From NCBI GenBank assembly GCA_963715955.1, contig CAVQSQ010000024.1:7139-71138 (forward strand): a stretch of 64,000 nucleotides of DNA, given 5' to 3'. Below, in pieces: positions 1-10,661 of the stretch; position 1 is the stretch's first letter; each line of letters starts with the position of its first letter. This stretch comes from Candidatus Sulfomarinibacteraceae bacterium (GTDB lineage Bacteria > Acidobacteriota > Thermoanaerobaculia > Thermoanaerobaculales > Sulfomarinibacteraceae). Under the pieces are notes generated by a model, which was not told the DNA's origin, ran no database searches, and saw nothing but the letters and a program-made list of their open reading frames with translations. The translations under genes and the position numbers were made by a program.

Positions 1-758
1 AGCTCGATGCTACAGGTCTGGTGGATCTCGGAACCCTGATCTTCGATCGCGGTCACCCCGACGAGGCCATCGATTTTTATAAGCAGGCCCTCAAGATCGA
101 CTCCGAGATGTACGAGGCGTGGTTCCGGATCGGCCTCGTCGAGCACCAACGGGGCGACCTCGACAACGCCGAGCAGGCCTACAGCCGTTGTTTGAAGAAA
201 CGCCCGGGTCACGCCTGGTGCAACTTCTACTACGGGCTGCTGGAGGAAGAGCTCGGTCACTCGACGAAAGCTCTGGAGCACTACGAAATGGCGTTCCAGA
301 AGGCCCCGCGGCTCGCCGACCCCGCCTTCAACCCCGAGGTCCTGGAGTCGCAGCTGGCGCTGGGCGCATGGTTGCGCTACTACGACCAGGCCAGGTTCGA
401 CCACAATATTCCCATGCGCTACCTCCGGCCGGACGAGGTCAACGAGGTGCGCAAGTCCTTTGAAGTGCCGGCGGAACCGGACCCGGAGCCGACAGCGGAG
501 CTCGAGCCCGAGCCGTCAGCGGTGAGTTCGATCCCCGCGGCGCAACCGACGCCCGTTGTGGTGGTGCCCGCACCACGGCCCGCACCGCCCGCGCGCCGCG
601 TTCCCTCCCGCCCGCCGGCGACGCCGGCGCCCTCGGGGGCCGCGAGCGACGAAACCCCCTACGGTTCGCCCGCAGGGCCGATTGCCGACGCTTCGGACGA
701 GGCGCACCTCCTGCCCGGGTGGACCCGACTCTTCCGGATGAGCGAAGCTCTGATCTGA
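1..758 (+). CDS. TPR-repeat protein, 5' end outside window, Pro/Ala-rich C-terminal tail
   Basis: ORF 21..758 stays open back to base 3. It shows TPR-like helices (AIDFYKQALKID, AEQAYSRCLKK, ALEHYEMAFQKAP). Confidence 0.65.
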   Translation, partial: LDATGLVDLGTLIFDRGHPDEAIDFYKQALKIDSEMYEAWFRIGLVEHQRGDLDNAEQAYSRCLKKRPGHAWCNFYYGLLEEELGHSTKALEHYEMAFQKAPRLADPAFNPEVLESQLALGAWLRYYDQARFDHNIPMRYLRPDEVNEVRKSFEVPAEPDPEPTAELEPEPSAVSSIPAAQPTPVVVVPAPRPAPPARRVPSRPPATPAPSGAASDETPYGSPAGPIADASDEAHLLPGWTRLFRMSEALI

Positions 759-768
759 CCGGCATACC

Positions 769-1845
769 TCAGACGTTGAATCGGAAGTGCACCACCTCGC
801 CGTCCTGGACGAGGTAGGTCTTGCCCTCGAGGCGCAGGGTCCCGCGCTGCCGGCAGGTGGCGAGCGATCCGGCGTCGATCAACTCCTCGTAGGGCACCAC
901 CTCGGCGCGGATGAAGCCGCGCTGGATGTCGGAGTGGATCACACCACCGGCCTCGACCGCCGGTGTGCCGGCGCGGATCGACCAGGCCCGGCACTCGTCG
1001 TCGCCGACGGTGAAGAAGGAGATCAGACCGAGCAGCCGGTAGGAGTCCCGGATCACCCGGTCGAGCGCCCTCTCCTCGAGACCGAGGTCGGCCATGAAGG
1101 CGGCGGCATCCTCACCTTCGAGCTCGCCGAGTTCGCCCTCGAGGGTGGCGCAGACCCAGGTCAGAGCGATGCCGGGCCGGGCCCCCCACTCCTGCCACGC
1201 GGCGTCCGCGAACGGATCGCCGGCGAGATCATCCTCGCCCACGTTGAGCACGACCAGCATCGGTTTGAGCGACAAAAAGGTGAAGCCCCGCAGCACCCGC
1301 TCCTCGTCGGCGGTGAAAGTCTCGACCCGCAACGGCCTTGACGCCTCGAGCACCTCGAGACAGCGGCCGAGGATCTCGCGTTCTCGGAGCAGGTCGGGGA
1401 CCTTGCGTTTCGCGAGATCTCGATCGATGCGTTCGAGGCGGCGCTCGATCACCATCTGGTCCTGGAGGATGAACTCCTCGTCGATGTGGTGGAGATCGCG
1501 CAGCGGGTCCAGGCTGCCCATCGGGTGGGCAACGGAGTCGCTCTCGAACGCCCGGACGACCACCATCACCACGTCGGTTGCGCGCAGCTCGGGAAGGTTG
1601 AAGGCCGCCTCGTGGCGGTGCTCTTCCGGGATTCCGGGCACGTCGACGTAGCGCACCGTGGCGGGGGTGGTCTTGGCCGGGTTGTACATCCCGGTCAGGA
1701 CGTCGAGCCGGGGGTCGGGAACGCGCGCGATGCCGATCTGGGCGCTGTCACGGCGGCCGCCGGCCGCGGCCGGTTCCTGGCCGGTGAGCAGTTTGAAGAG
1801 GGTCGACTTGCCGCTTGCCGCAAGCCCGAGAATGCCGACGTCCAT
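769..1845 (-). CDS. ychF: Ribosome-binding/redox-regulated ATPase YchF
   Basis: MDVGILGLAASGKSTLF P-loop N-terminus and C-terminal TGS-like LRLEGKTYLVQDGEVVHFRFNV. The start was chosen at the internal ATG (1845), which matches the family N-terminus. Confidence 0.9.
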   Translation of the reverse strand: MDVGILGLAASGKSTLFKLLTGQEPAAAGGRRDSAQIGIARVPDPRLDVLTGMYNPAKTTPATVRYVDVPGIPEEHRHEAAFNLPELRATDVVMVVVRAFESDSVAHPMGSLDPLRDLHHIDEEFILQDQMVIERRLERIDRDLAKRKVPDLLREREILGRCLEVLEASRPLRVETFTADEERVLRGFTFLSLKPMLVVLNVGEDDLAGDPFADAAWQEWGARPGIALTWVCATLEGELGELEGEDAAAFMADLGLEERALDRVIRDSYRLLGLISFFTVGDDECRAWSIRAGTPAVEAGGVIHSDIQRGFIRAEVVPYEELIDAGSLATCRQRGTLRLEGKTYLVQDGEVVHFRFNV

Positions 1846-2084
1846 GAGATGCTCCAGTAGGCTGGCGTGCTCCGCCAATGACGAGTCACGATAGCACGAT
1901 GCAGCGACAGCGGCCGTCACCAGGGTCAGCGGCAGCGACCGCGACAGCCACAGCCACCGCCCCAGCGGCTGCGTTCGGCCGCAGCGACCGCAGCACTGCT
2001 CGATGAGGCGGATGGCCGAAAAATTCCGAACGCGCGTCTCCGGCTGAATCAGGCTGACCGGGCAACGCGCGAGATCTGAAGATG

Positions 2085-2180
2085 AGTGGTGGCGGGCCCT
2101 GAAGGACCCGCCTACAGTTGGTGCGAGGCCACGTCAGTATCTGAAAGTCGTAGGCGGGTCGTTTACGGCCCGCCACCACT
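2085..2180. repeat. Composite palindromic REP-like element (outer 14-bp and inner 11-bp perfect inverted repeats)
   Basis: AGTGGTGGCGGGCC (2085-2098) pairs with GGCCCGCCACCACT (2167-2180). GACCCGCCTAC (2105-2115) pairs with GTAGGCGGGTC (2150-2160). The GTAGGCGGG..CCCGCC core resembles the hairpins at 36073 and 62646/62741. Confidence 0.6.
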
Positions 2181-2234
2181 GACGTTTCGGAACCTGGAGA
2201 GTCACGACCTGAGCGAACCGGAGACGCGCAGTCT

Positions 2235-2276
2235 CGAATTCCGAATTCAAAATTCAAAGTTCAAAATTCAAAATTG
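2235..2276. repeat. Heptanucleotide tandem array, 6 units (CGAATTC x2, AAAATTC/AAAGTTC x4)
   Basis: Exact 7-bp period was read directly. The array lies 5 nt past the pmbA stop codon (minus strand) and upstream of ychF. Confidence 0.85.
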
Positions 2277-2281
2277 TGTCT

Positions 2282-3634
2282 CTACCCCACCACCGGTTGG
2301 CTGCGGACGAGGATCGACGGCGCGCCGATGAACCCCTGTTGGGTCTGAAACCAGCGGCGGTCGTTGCCCACGGCCTCGATGCGTCGCAGGAGCCGCCCGA
2401 GGCTGCCCTGAAGCTCGACCACCGGGTGCCAGCCGCGAACCTGCGGACCGTCGAGCCACACCCCGGAGGCGATCATCCGGTAGCGGTCGGCGGCAAAATC
2501 GACCTCGATCTCCGCCAACGGCCGCAGGAGGTAAAGGGCGTGATCGGCCGAACCCAGAAGCTGCGCTGCGGCCACCCCGGCGCGAGAGTCCACCACCAGG
2601 TTGGCGGCGCCGGTGGCCGGGTAGTCGCGGTAGGACACCCTCAACGCACCGCCGCGGGCGGGCTCCGAACAGCGCGTCGCGTCGCGGAACGACGCCAGCC
2701 GGTAGCGCGGGACACCCTCGTCGAGGAGGACCGTCCGACGGGAGGGGAAGCCTTCGCCGTCGCACGGCCCGGTGATCGGGGCCTGCGGATCGCAGCGGTC
2801 GTCGACCAGCGTCAAGGCCGGCCCCGCCAGTCGACCGTGGGAGTCCAGCAGCGCCGACAGGTGGTCCTCTTCTTCGCGAACCGCCGAAAAAAGCGGCGAG
2901 ACGGCGGCCAACAACTGGGCGGCGACCTCGGGGTGGAGGATCAGATCGCGCAGACCGGAATCGGTGGCGACGCGGCGCCGGATGAGCAGCGCGCGGTCGG
3001 TGATCTGCGCCGCCGCCGCTTCGAGGTCGAAGGTCTGGGGATCGTCGATGTGCAACCAGTCGCGCCACACGCCCGCCCGTTCGCCCACCACCTCCACCTC
3101 GGCCATGAGCGAGGTGCCGGCGTCCTGGTGCCGGGCGACCCAGCCGTCGCCGGTGACCAGGACCCACGCGTAGTGGCCCTCCTGCAGGACCGCGCGTCGC
3201 AGCCGCAGGTGGCCCGCGCCGAGGCTCGCCACCGCCCGGTCGAGTTCCTGACCGGCGTGGGTCGCCCATCCCTTGGCCGGCAACTCGCGTGGCGCCCGGG
3301 TCTCGGTGAGACCGAGCAGACGCTCCGGCGGCAGGGGGTCGGCCGCGAGCGGCGTCGCGTTGTCGAGGGCGGCGTTGACGGCGCGCCGGGAGGCGTCCTC
3401 TTCGAGCCCGGAGGCAGCGGCGAAGCCGGCCCGGTTGTCGTCCCAGACCCTGATTGCGACCCCGGTCTCTTCGATTTCGAGGACCCGCAGAGGCTGGCCC
3501 GAGGCGACGGCAACTTCGCGCGACATCGACGCCTTGGCGAAGACCTCCCAGCGGGCGGTGCCGGCGGCGTCGAGCCGGGTGCGGGCAGCGGCGGTGGTGG
3601 CGTGGAGGCGTTCGAGGTGATCGGGCCCGGCCAT
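2282..3634 (-). CDS. pmbA: TldD/PmbA-family protein lacking the HExxxH motif (PmbA/TldE-like)
   Basis: Its ATG overlaps the upstream gene's stop as ATGA at 3632-3636. The translation is family-like (GFAAASGLEE..., C-terminal GFIGAPSILV). Confidence 0.7.
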   Translation of the reverse strand: MAGPDHLERLHATTAAARTRLDAAGTARWEVFAKASMSREVAVASGQPLRVLEIEETGVAIRVWDDNRAGFAAASGLEEDASRRAVNAALDNATPLAADPLPPERLLGLTETRAPRELPAKGWATHAGQELDRAVASLGAGHLRLRRAVLQEGHYAWVLVTGDGWVARHQDAGTSLMAEVEVVGERAGVWRDWLHIDDPQTFDLEAAAAQITDRALLIRRRVATDSGLRDLILHPEVAAQLLAAVSPLFSAVREEEDHLSALLDSHGRLAGPALTLVDDRCDPQAPITGPCDGEGFPSRRTVLLDEGVPRYRLASFRDATRCSEPARGGALRVSYRDYPATGAANLVVDSRAGVAAAQLLGSADHALYLLRPLAEIEVDFAADRYRMIASGVWLDGPQVRGWHPVVELQGSLGRLLRRIEAVGNDRRWFQTQQGFIGAPSILVRSQPVVG

Positions 3635-4935
3635 CACAGAACCTCCAGCCGGTCCACCAGCAGGCTCGGCGCTTCGGACCCGGTCGGCAGCGGCACGCCG
3701 TCCTTGACGCACCATCCCAGCCGCCAGTCGGGGGTCAGGTCGCTGCCGATCCGCGGGTCGATGTTGGCGAGCGTTTCGAGAACGTTGCCGGTGAGCTCGC
3801 ACGGGGCCAGGGGCCGACGGCGGCGGCCGTGTCGCACCTCCCACCCGCGCTCGACCCTGAGCACGATGCGTAAGGACAACGGGTCCACCGTCGCACCACC
3901 GAGGCGCGTCACGACCAGGGCGTGTTCGAGGTCGGCTTCGAGATCCTGGGGGGGCGTCGCCCCGGGCGCGATCACGAGATTCGACAGGCGGGCGACAGGC
4001 GGCAGCGACCACGCGGCGCGCCGCCCCCGCCCGGCGTCGCAGCGCAAACTGGGTCCGCCTTCCCGGTCACACAGAAAACCCTCGAACCGGCCGTTGCGGA
4101 TGAGCGTGACGGGTGCGGCGCGCACTCCTTCGTCATCGTAGTCGAAGCTCCCTGGGAGGTCGGTGCGGGTCGGGTCGTCGACGACCTCGAGACCGGCGCA
4201 CGTCACCGTGGCCCCGAACAACTCCGTGAGCGGCGACCCGCCGCCCCTCGCCAGGTCCGATTCGGCCATGTGGCCGACCGCTTCATGAAGCAAGACGCCG
4301 GCGGTGCCGTCGGTGAAGAGAACCGGCAGCCGCGTGCCGGCCGGCGCGGTCCAGGCCTTGGCGGGATTCTCCTCGAGCAGCTTTTCAATCCAGGTGGTGA
4401 GCTGTGGGTGGCCCCACACCGCCAGAAGGGACGAGGACGCATCCCCCCGGCGCTCGACCCTGACCAGAGCGGGGGTCGAAATCGGTGTCCAACCCTCGGC
4501 GCGGACGACGGCTGCGCGCCGGCTGATGTAGCGCACCACGCCGCGAAACGGGGCCAACCGTTGCGCCAGGCGGCGGGCCCAATCCTTCCACACTCGGGGC
4601 GGGTCCATCTCGGGTGCGGGGATCAACCGCGTCGACGGCATCGGCACCCGGTCGGCGTGGCGGGCGAGCAGCTCGCCGATCGCCGCCGTCGACATTCCGG
4701 TGCGGGCGTGGAGCATGACCCGGGAGGGCGACCTCCACCGCGCGGCCACGCCCTCGAGCCGACACGTCTCGACCTCGAACTCGCCGGCCGTGACGGCCGC
4801 CTTGAGCTCCAGGCGTTGCTCGAGGTACAGATCCTCGAAGCGGGCGCCGCCGCCTCGCAGCTCGCCGCAGTTTTCCGACAAGAGGTCCAGCCATCTCGCA
4901 TCGAGCGGTGGTTCGGGTCGCGGTTGGCTTCGCAC
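3634..4935 (-). CDS. tldD: Metalloprotease TldD
   Basis: HEAVGH zinc motif and the GSFDYDDEG segment are present. A GTG start at 4935 was chosen because the upstream part of the 678-aa ORF overlaps pccB antisense. The start is uncertain. Confidence 0.75.
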   Translation of the reverse strand: MRSQPRPEPPLDARWLDLLSENCGELRGGGARFEDLYLEQRLELKAAVTAGEFEVETCRLEGVAARWRSPSRVMLHARTGMSTAAIGELLARHADRVPMPSTRLIPAPEMDPPRVWKDWARRLAQRLAPFRGVVRYISRRAAVVRAEGWTPISTPALVRVERRGDASSSLLAVWGHPQLTTWIEKLLEENPAKAWTAPAGTRLPVLFTDGTAGVLLHEAVGHMAESDLARGGGSPLTELFGATVTCAGLEVVDDPTRTDLPGSFDYDDEGVRAAPVTLIRNGRFEGFLCDREGGPSLRCDAGRGRRAAWSLPPVARLSNLVIAPGATPPQDLEADLEHALVVTRLGGATVDPLSLRIVLRVERGWEVRHGRRRRPLAPCELTGNVLETLANIDPRIGSDLTPDWRLGWCVKDGVPLPTGSEAPSLLVDRLEVL

Positions 4936-5016
4936 GTCGACATGGTACCTGTATCTCAGGCCACGGTAGAATGCACGGGGCCCCTGCCCGGCAGGTCGCG
5001 CCCCGAGGGAGGTCCC

Positions 5017-6564
5017 ATGAGCCGCGAGGTCGTTGATCGTCTTTCCAGGCGGCTGGCCGCCAACCGACTCGGTGGCGGTGAGGACAAGATCGAACGCCAG
5101 CACCAACAGGGCAAGCTGACGGCCCGTGAGCGCGTCGAGCAGTTTCTCGACGAGGGCACATTTGCGGAGACCGACGCGATGGTCGAGCACGGGTGCACCG
5201 ACTTCGGTATGGCCGACCGCCGGACCCCCGGCGACGGCGTGGTCGCCGGCCACGGCCGGGTCAACGGCCGGCCGGTCTTCGTCTTCGCCCAGGACTTCAC
5301 GGTGTTCGGCGGGTCGCTCTCCGAGGCCAACGCCGCCAAGATCTGCAAGATCATGGATCTGGCGATGAAGGTCGGGGCGCCGGTGGTCGGGCTCAACGAC
5401 TCCGGCGGCGCCCGCATCCAGGAGGGAGTGGCTTCGCTGGCGGGTTACGCCGACATCTTCCTGCGCAACACTCTGGCCTCGGGGGTGGTGCCGCAGATCT
5501 CGGCGATCATGGGTCCCTGCGCCGGCGGCGCGGTCTACTCGCCGGCGATCACCGACTTCGTGTTCATGGTCGAGGACACCTCCTACATGTTCGTCACCGG
5601 GCCGGAGGTCATCAAGACCGTCACCCACGAGGAGGTCACCAAAGAAAAGCTCGGCGGCGCCATGACGCACAATTCAGTCTCCGGAGTGGCGCACTTCGCA
5701 TCGAGGGGCGATACCGAGTGCCTTGCCCAGATCCGGAAGCTCCTTTCCTACCTGCCCTCCAACAACTCGGAACGGCCGCCGGTCGCAGACAACTCGGACC
5801 CCCTCGACCGCGAGATTTCAGAACTCGACGATTTCGTCCCGGCCGACCCCAACAAGCCCTACGACATCACCAAGCTGATTCGCTGGGCAGCCGACGACGG
5901 CGATTTTCTAGAGGTCCACGAGCATTTCGCGAAGAACCTGGTGGTCGGCTTCATCCGGCTCGGCGGGCACCCGGTCGGGGTCATCGCGAACCAACCGGCC
6001 TTCCTCGCCGGAGTGCTCGACATCAACGCCTCGGTCAAGGGCGCGCGTTTCGTCCGTTTCTGCGATGCCTTCAACATCCCGCTGTGGATCGTCGAGGATG
6101 TGCCCGGCTTTCTGCCGGGGACCGAGCAGGAGTGGGGCGGCATCATCCGCCACGGCGCCAAACTGCTCTTCGCGCTCGCCGAGGCCACCGTCCCCAAGGT
6201 CACCGTCATCACCCGCAAGGCCTACGGCGGCGCCTACTGCGTGATGGGATCCAAGCACATCCGCACCGACCTCAACCTCGCCTTTCCGACCGCCGAGATC
6301 GCGGTCATGGGCCCACAGGGTGCGGTCAACATCCTCTACCGCGAAGAGATCGCCGGGGCCGCGGACCCCGAGGCCGAGCGCGCGCGGCGGGTGGCGGAGT
6401 ACCAGAAGCTCTTCGCCAACCCCTTCGTGGCCGCCGAACGCGGCTATATCGACGATGTCATCATGCCCAGAACCTTGCGGCGCAACCTGGTGACGGCCTT
6501 TGCCATGCTGCAGACCAAACGCGACACCATGCCGGCGAAGAAGCACGGGAATATACCCTTGTAG
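5017..6564 (+). CDS. pccB: Propionyl-/methylmalonyl-CoA carboxyltransferase beta subunit
   Basis: ATG is preceded by GAGGGAGG. Motifs include [37 protein letters not shown] and [13 protein letters not shown]. Confidence 0.9.
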   Translation: MSREVVDRLSRRLAANRLGGGEDKIERQHQQGKLTARERVEQFLDEGTFAETDAMVEHGCTDFGMADRRTPGDGVVAGHGRVNGRPVFVFAQDFTVFGGSLSEANAAKICKIMDLAMKVGAPVVGLNDSGGARIQEGVASLAGYADIFLRNTLASGVVPQISAIMGPCAGGAVYSPAITDFVFMVEDTSYMFVTGPEVIKTVTHEEVTKEKLGGAMTHNSVSGVAHFASRGDTECLAQIRKLLSYLPSNNSERPPVADNSDPLDREISELDDFVPADPNKPYDITKLIRWAADDGDFLEVHEHFAKNLVVGFIRLGGHPVGVIANQPAFLAGVLDINASVKGARFVRFCDAFNIPLWIVEDVPGFLPGTEQEWGGIIRHGAKLLFALAEATVPKVTVITRKAYGGAYCVMGSKHIRTDLNLAFPTAEIAVMGPQGAVNILYREEIAGAADPEAERARRVAEYQKLFANPFVAAERGYIDDVIMPRTLRRNLVTAFAMLQTKRDTMPAKKHGNIPL

Positions 6565-6627
6565 GAGTGTTGAGTTTTGAGTTATGAGTTTTGAGTTAGG
6601 AATTAGGAATTTGGAATTAGGAATGGC
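6565..6627. repeat. Heptanucleotide tandem array, 9 units (GAGTKTT/GAGTTAK/GAATTAG/GAATTTG)
   Basis: Starts on the first base after the pccB TAG stop. Strict 7-bp register was read directly. Confidence 0.85.
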
Positions 6628-6644
6628 ATCCACTCACTCAGTTC

Positions 6645-6679
<35 letters not shown>

Positions 6680-6735
6680 CTCACCCGTCCCGGTAGGGTT
6701 CAGAGGAACGTCTGCTGTTGGGCTGGAGTCGACCG

Positions 6736-8253
6736 ATGAAACTGCTGATCGCCAATCGGGGGGAGATCGCGGTGCGGATCATCCGCGGGTGCCGGGAGAT
6801 GGGGATCAACACGGTCGCGGTCTACTCCGAGGTCGACCGGGGCGCGCCCCACGTCCTGATGGCCGATCAGTCGTTTCCGATCGGCCCGGCGGAGGCCTCG
6901 AAGAGCTACCTCAACATCGACCGTCTGCTCGAGGTGGCGGCTGCAAGCGGCGCCGACCTCCTCCACCCGGGCTACGGTTTCCTGGCCGAAAACGCCGACT
7001 TCGCGGAACGGGTCGAGGCCGCGGGCGTGACCTGGGTCGGGCCGCCGCCGGCGGCGATGCGGCTGATGGGCTCGAAGACCGAGTCGCGCAAGCTCGCCGT
7101 CGCCTCGGGGGTGCCGCTGATCCCCGGGTTGATGGAGCCCATCGTGGAGATGTCCCAGCTCGAGGCCTTCGTCGACGAACACGGGCTGCCGGTGCTCTTG
7201 AAGGCCGTGGCAGGCGGTGGTGGCAAAGGCATGCGCGCGGTTTCGGAGCGCGGCGAACTCGCAAACGCCTGGGAGCGCGCGTGCTCCGAGGGCCAGGCGT
7301 ACTTCGGCGACCCCCGCGTCTATGTGGAACGGCTGGTCGATCGCGCGCGCCACGTCGAGATCCAGGTGGCGGCCGACCGCGACGGCAACGCCGTGTACGT
7401 CGGTGAACGGGAGTGCTCGATCCAGCGCCGCCACCAGAAGGTGGTCGAAGAATGCCCGTCGCCGGTGGTCGGGCCCGATCTGCGCCGCCGCATCGGTGAG
7501 GCAGCCCTCGCCCTCGTCAAGGCGTCGGGCTACCACTCGGTTGGTACGGTGGAGTTCCTTCTCGATCCCGACGGCCACTTCTACTTTCTCGAGATGAACA
7601 CTCGTTTGCAGGTGGAGCACCCGGTGACCGAAGAGGTCTACGGCGTCGACCTGGTCGTCGAGCAGATCAACCTCGCACTCGGCAAACCGCTTTCGCTGCG
7701 ACAGGAGGACCTGGTGCCCAGGGGCCACGCCATCGAGTGCCGGATCTACGCCGAGGACCCGCTGAGGAACTTCGCCCCGTCGCCGGGGAAGATCACCCTC
7801 TACGTGCGGCCCGCGGGGCCAGGGGTGCGGGTCGACTCCGGGGTGATCGCGGACAGCGTCGTGCCCCTCGACTACGATCCCATGCTGGCCAAGCTCGTGG
7901 TGTGGGCTCCGGACCGCGAAGCCGCGGTCAGCCGGTTGAAGCGGGCGCTGTCGGAGTACCAGGTGAGCGGGGTCTCCACCACTCTGACCCTGTTCAGGGC
8001 ACTGGTGGAGATGGATGCCTTCCGCGACGCCGATTTTCACACCGGATTCCTCGATCAGTTGCTGGCCTCGGGAGGGCTTGCGGAACTGCACGGACGCCAG
8101 GACCCGGAAGCGGAGATCGCGGCCGCCATCGCCGCGGCCTGCCTGGCCACAACCGAGGCGGGGGGGCTGCCCGATGATCTCTTTGCCCACGGTGAGAACA
8201 GCACGTGGTGGACCGACGGCAATCGGGTGGCGCGGGGGAGGTTTCCACGATGA
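6736..8253 (+). CDS. accC: Biotin carboxylase subunit of acyl-CoA carboxylase
   Basis: MKLLIANRGEIAVRIIR N-terminus, ATP-grasp segments (HPGYGFLAEN, GGGGKGMR) and EMNTRLQVEHPVTE. Confidence 0.9.
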   Translation: MKLLIANRGEIAVRIIRGCREMGINTVAVYSEVDRGAPHVLMADQSFPIGPAEASKSYLNIDRLLEVAAASGADLLHPGYGFLAENADFAERVEAAGVTWVGPPPAAMRLMGSKTESRKLAVASGVPLIPGLMEPIVEMSQLEAFVDEHGLPVLLKAVAGGGGKGMRAVSERGELANAWERACSEGQAYFGDPRVYVERLVDRARHVEIQVAADRDGNAVYVGERECSIQRRHQKVVEECPSPVVGPDLRRRIGEAALALVKASGYHSVGTVEFLLDPDGHFYFLEMNTRLQVEHPVTEEVYGVDLVVEQINLALGKPLSLRQEDLVPRGHAIECRIYAEDPLRNFAPSPGKITLYVRPAGPGVRVDSGVIADSVVPLDYDPMLAKLVVWAPDREAAVSRLKRALSEYQVSGVSTTLTLFRALVEMDAFRDADFHTGFLDQLLASGGLAELHGRQDPEAEIAAAIAAACLATTEAGGLPDDLFAHGENSTWWTDGNRVARGRFPR

Positions 8254-8753
8254 AGTGGGTCATCCGTGGCGGCGAGGCGGAGCGCTCAATCGATGTGCAA
8301 CGGCACGGTGAGGTCTTCGAAATCACGGTTGACGGTGCGCCGCGCCAGGTGGAGTTGGTGCGGCTCGACGGGTCCTTTGCCTCGCTCCGCTACCCCGACA
8401 GCGGGCGCAGTTTTCAGATCACCTACCAGCACCACGCCAACGGCAGCTGGCGGGTGGGCGTGGGGCAACGGGAGTTCGACCTTTCGGTGCTTTCCCCTGC
8501 GGAGGCTGTCGAAGCGGTCAGCGGTGGGCGCGAGAGCGGTCCGAGCCGCCTGACGGCGCCGATACCCGGCAAGGTTGTGGCGGTCAAGGTGGCGCCGGGG
8601 GACGAGGTGGTGTCCGGCCAGTCGCTGGTGGTGCTCGAAGCCATGAAGATGGAGAACGAGCTTGCCGCGGAACAGGCCGGACGGGTGGTGGCTGTCCATG
8701 TGGCCTCCGGCGACACGGTGGAAAGCGGTCAGCTGCTGGTGGAAATCGAATAG
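8250..8753 (+). CDS. Biotin carboxyl carrier protein (biotinyl domain with N-terminal extension)
   Basis: ATGA overlap with the accC stop. EAMKMENE biotinylation motif near the C-terminus. Confidence 0.8.
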   Translation: MKWVIRGGEAERSIDVQRHGEVFEITVDGAPRQVELVRLDGSFASLRYPDSGRSFQITYQHHANGSWRVGVGQREFDLSVLSPAEAVEAVSGGRESGPSRLTAPIPGKVVAVKVAPGDEVVSGQSLVVLEAMKMENELAAEQAGRVVAVHVASGDTVESGQLLVEIE

Positions 8754-8853
8754 GTAACCCTCTGCGGCGGCTCGCCGTATATCAGAGTGTTACCAGCGGC
8801 GTGAAAGAAGACGTCTCCTCGCCGGCTGGTTGTTCGGGCGCCAGCATCGACCT

Positions 8854-10569
8854 ATGAAGAGAATCAGAGCATCCCTGCTGTTGGTGGTGTCGGCGGCCGC
8901 GGCCGGCCGGCTCTCGGCACAGGTGCCGCCCACGCCTCCGGCGGGCACGATCGCGGCGGAGATACAGGATCGCCACGATGAAACGTCGACCCACGGCGGG
9001 GTGGTCGATGTCACCGCCGTCAGCACCACCCTGATCGCGTTCGACGCCAACGGGCATCCCGTGTTCGACCTCCGCCCCGACGAACTGCTGGTGCTCGAAG
9101 ACTACAAGCCGGTCCGCCTGCTCGGTCTCGAACACGGCGTTGGACCGGTGACGGCCTCCGCACCCGGTGCCCCGACTCGAGAAACCTCCAGGCCGCGGCC
9201 CGCGGCCAAGGTGGACGCAACGCCGTGGCGGGTTGTGGTTTATGTCAGCACCGAGCTTGCCGGTCGATTCGTGCTGCGAACCCTGTGCCGGCAGACGGCG
9301 GACAACGCCGCCCGCCTGACCGCCCTCGGACCGGTCGACGTGGTCCTGGCGGACCCGACCCCGACCTTGATGAGCGAAGCGGGCAGCCGTGCGGAAGACG
9401 TCGAGGCGGCGTTGAACCGTCTCGCACACGAAGCCTCCGGGGCGACCACGGTTGATGCGATCCGCAACGCCTTTACGCGCGAGTTCACGCCGGGAGTGGG
9501 CTTCAACGTTTCCTACACCATCACCCAGTCGAGCCCGACGACGGTCGCGGCCAAAGCGCGGTCGTCGATCCACCGCGAGCGCGCGATCATCCGCGGTGAG
9601 CTCGACCGTTTGGTGGCCTGGCTGCAGTCGCAGCCGCCGGCCTCGCGCGGCCTGCTGCTGTGGATGACCGGTGGATTCGACCTCAACCCCTCGGACTTCT
9701 ACATCCCGTTGGTGTCGCAGGTCGATTCGTACATGGCGGCAAAGATGCGCACCGACTATGCGGCCTTGAGTCTGGAAAGCGATGTGCGGCGGGTCGTGGA
9801 AGTGGCGCTCGCCTACGGCTGGACGGTGATGCCCGTCAACGCGATCCACACCACCTTCGCTTACGGTGCCGATGTCCCAGGCACCGGGAAATCCCAACAT
9901 CACTTGGGAGTCGGCGCAGGTTCGGTCGACGCCCAGCAGAGCGACTTTCAGCAGGTGGCCCCCAGCTATCCGCTTCAGATCATGGCCGGCGCGACGGGCG
10001 GCGAGCTGATCGCCAACAACAACCAGTTCGGTCCGGCCCTGGACCTCCTTTCGGGCGCCTACTTCGTCACCTATCAGGCCGATCGGCCCGCGGACGGCAA
10101 GCTGCACCCGTTGGAGATCCGCTGTACCCGCCCCGGGGTGAGATTGCGCGCCCGTCAGTTCGCGGCTTCGGGGAGTCTGCGCGGCGTCTCCACCACCCGC
10201 GCTCGGCGGGTCCTTGGCGGTGAAGACCTCGCCGGCGGTCTCGGGATCTCGGCGGCGGTGGTGAACATCTCGCGACCGACCAAGGGACTGCAGGCCGGCG
10301 ATCTCAGAGTGACCGCCGCTCTCGAGGGGCTCCGCGGCACCTTGCAGCCGCTCGATCTCGGGGAGATGCGGATCACCCTGGTGGTGGATACCGGCAGCGG
10401 TTCGCCGTTCGTCAGCCACCAGGAGTTTCCGATCGAATGGGACGACGTCGGCGAGAGCTGGCAGTACGGTTCCGGATTCCGATGGCCGAAGAAAGCCCAC
10501 CGCGTCGCGGTCGTGGTCGAAGAGCTCGTGACCTCCACCTGGGGCGCCGCCGTCATCGAGCTCGATTGA
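8854..10569 (+). CDS. Secreted VWA-domain protein (acidobacterial VWFA-related type)
   Basis: Signal peptide MKRIRASLLLVVSAAAAG. N-terminal motif VDVTAV..FDANGHPVFDLRPDELLVLEDYKPVRL is typical of this family. Paralog at 17624..19393. Confidence 0.55.
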   Translation: MKRIRASLLLVVSAAAAGRLSAQVPPTPPAGTIAAEIQDRHDETSTHGGVVDVTAVSTTLIAFDANGHPVFDLRPDELLVLEDYKPVRLLGLEHGVGPVTASAPGAPTRETSRPRPAAKVDATPWRVVVYVSTELAGRFVLRTLCRQTADNAARLTALGPVDVVLADPTPTLMSEAGSRAEDVEAALNRLAHEASGATTVDAIRNAFTREFTPGVGFNVSYTITQSSPTTVAAKARSSIHRERAIIRGELDRLVAWLQSQPPASRGLLLWMTGGFDLNPSDFYIPLVSQVDSYMAAKMRTDYAALSLESDVRRVVEVALAYGWTVMPVNAIHTTFAYGADVPGTGKSQHHLGVGAGSVDAQQSDFQQVAPSYPLQIMAGATGGELIANNNQFGPALDLLSGAYFVTYQADRPADGKLHPLEIRCTRPGVRLRARQFAASGSLRGVSTTRARRVLGGEDLAGGLGISAAVVNISRPTKGLQAGDLRVTAALEGLRGTLQPLDLGEMRITLVVDTGSGSPFVSHQEFPIEWDDVGESWQYGSGFRWPKKAHRVAVVVEELVTSTWGAAVIELD

Positions 10570-10661
10570 CCGCCCCCCGGGCTTTTCCGGGCCCGGGTTC
10601 GGGGTGCGGGCCTGTTCGGCTGAGAACGCTCCGACGGGGTCAGTGGTAGACTCTCCGACCA

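Noticed and set aside
2276-4141. 621-aa plus-strand ORF and 333-aa minus-strand ORF (2268..3269)
   Set aside because: Both overlap pmbA/tldD, which have clear family signatures. These alternatives have none.
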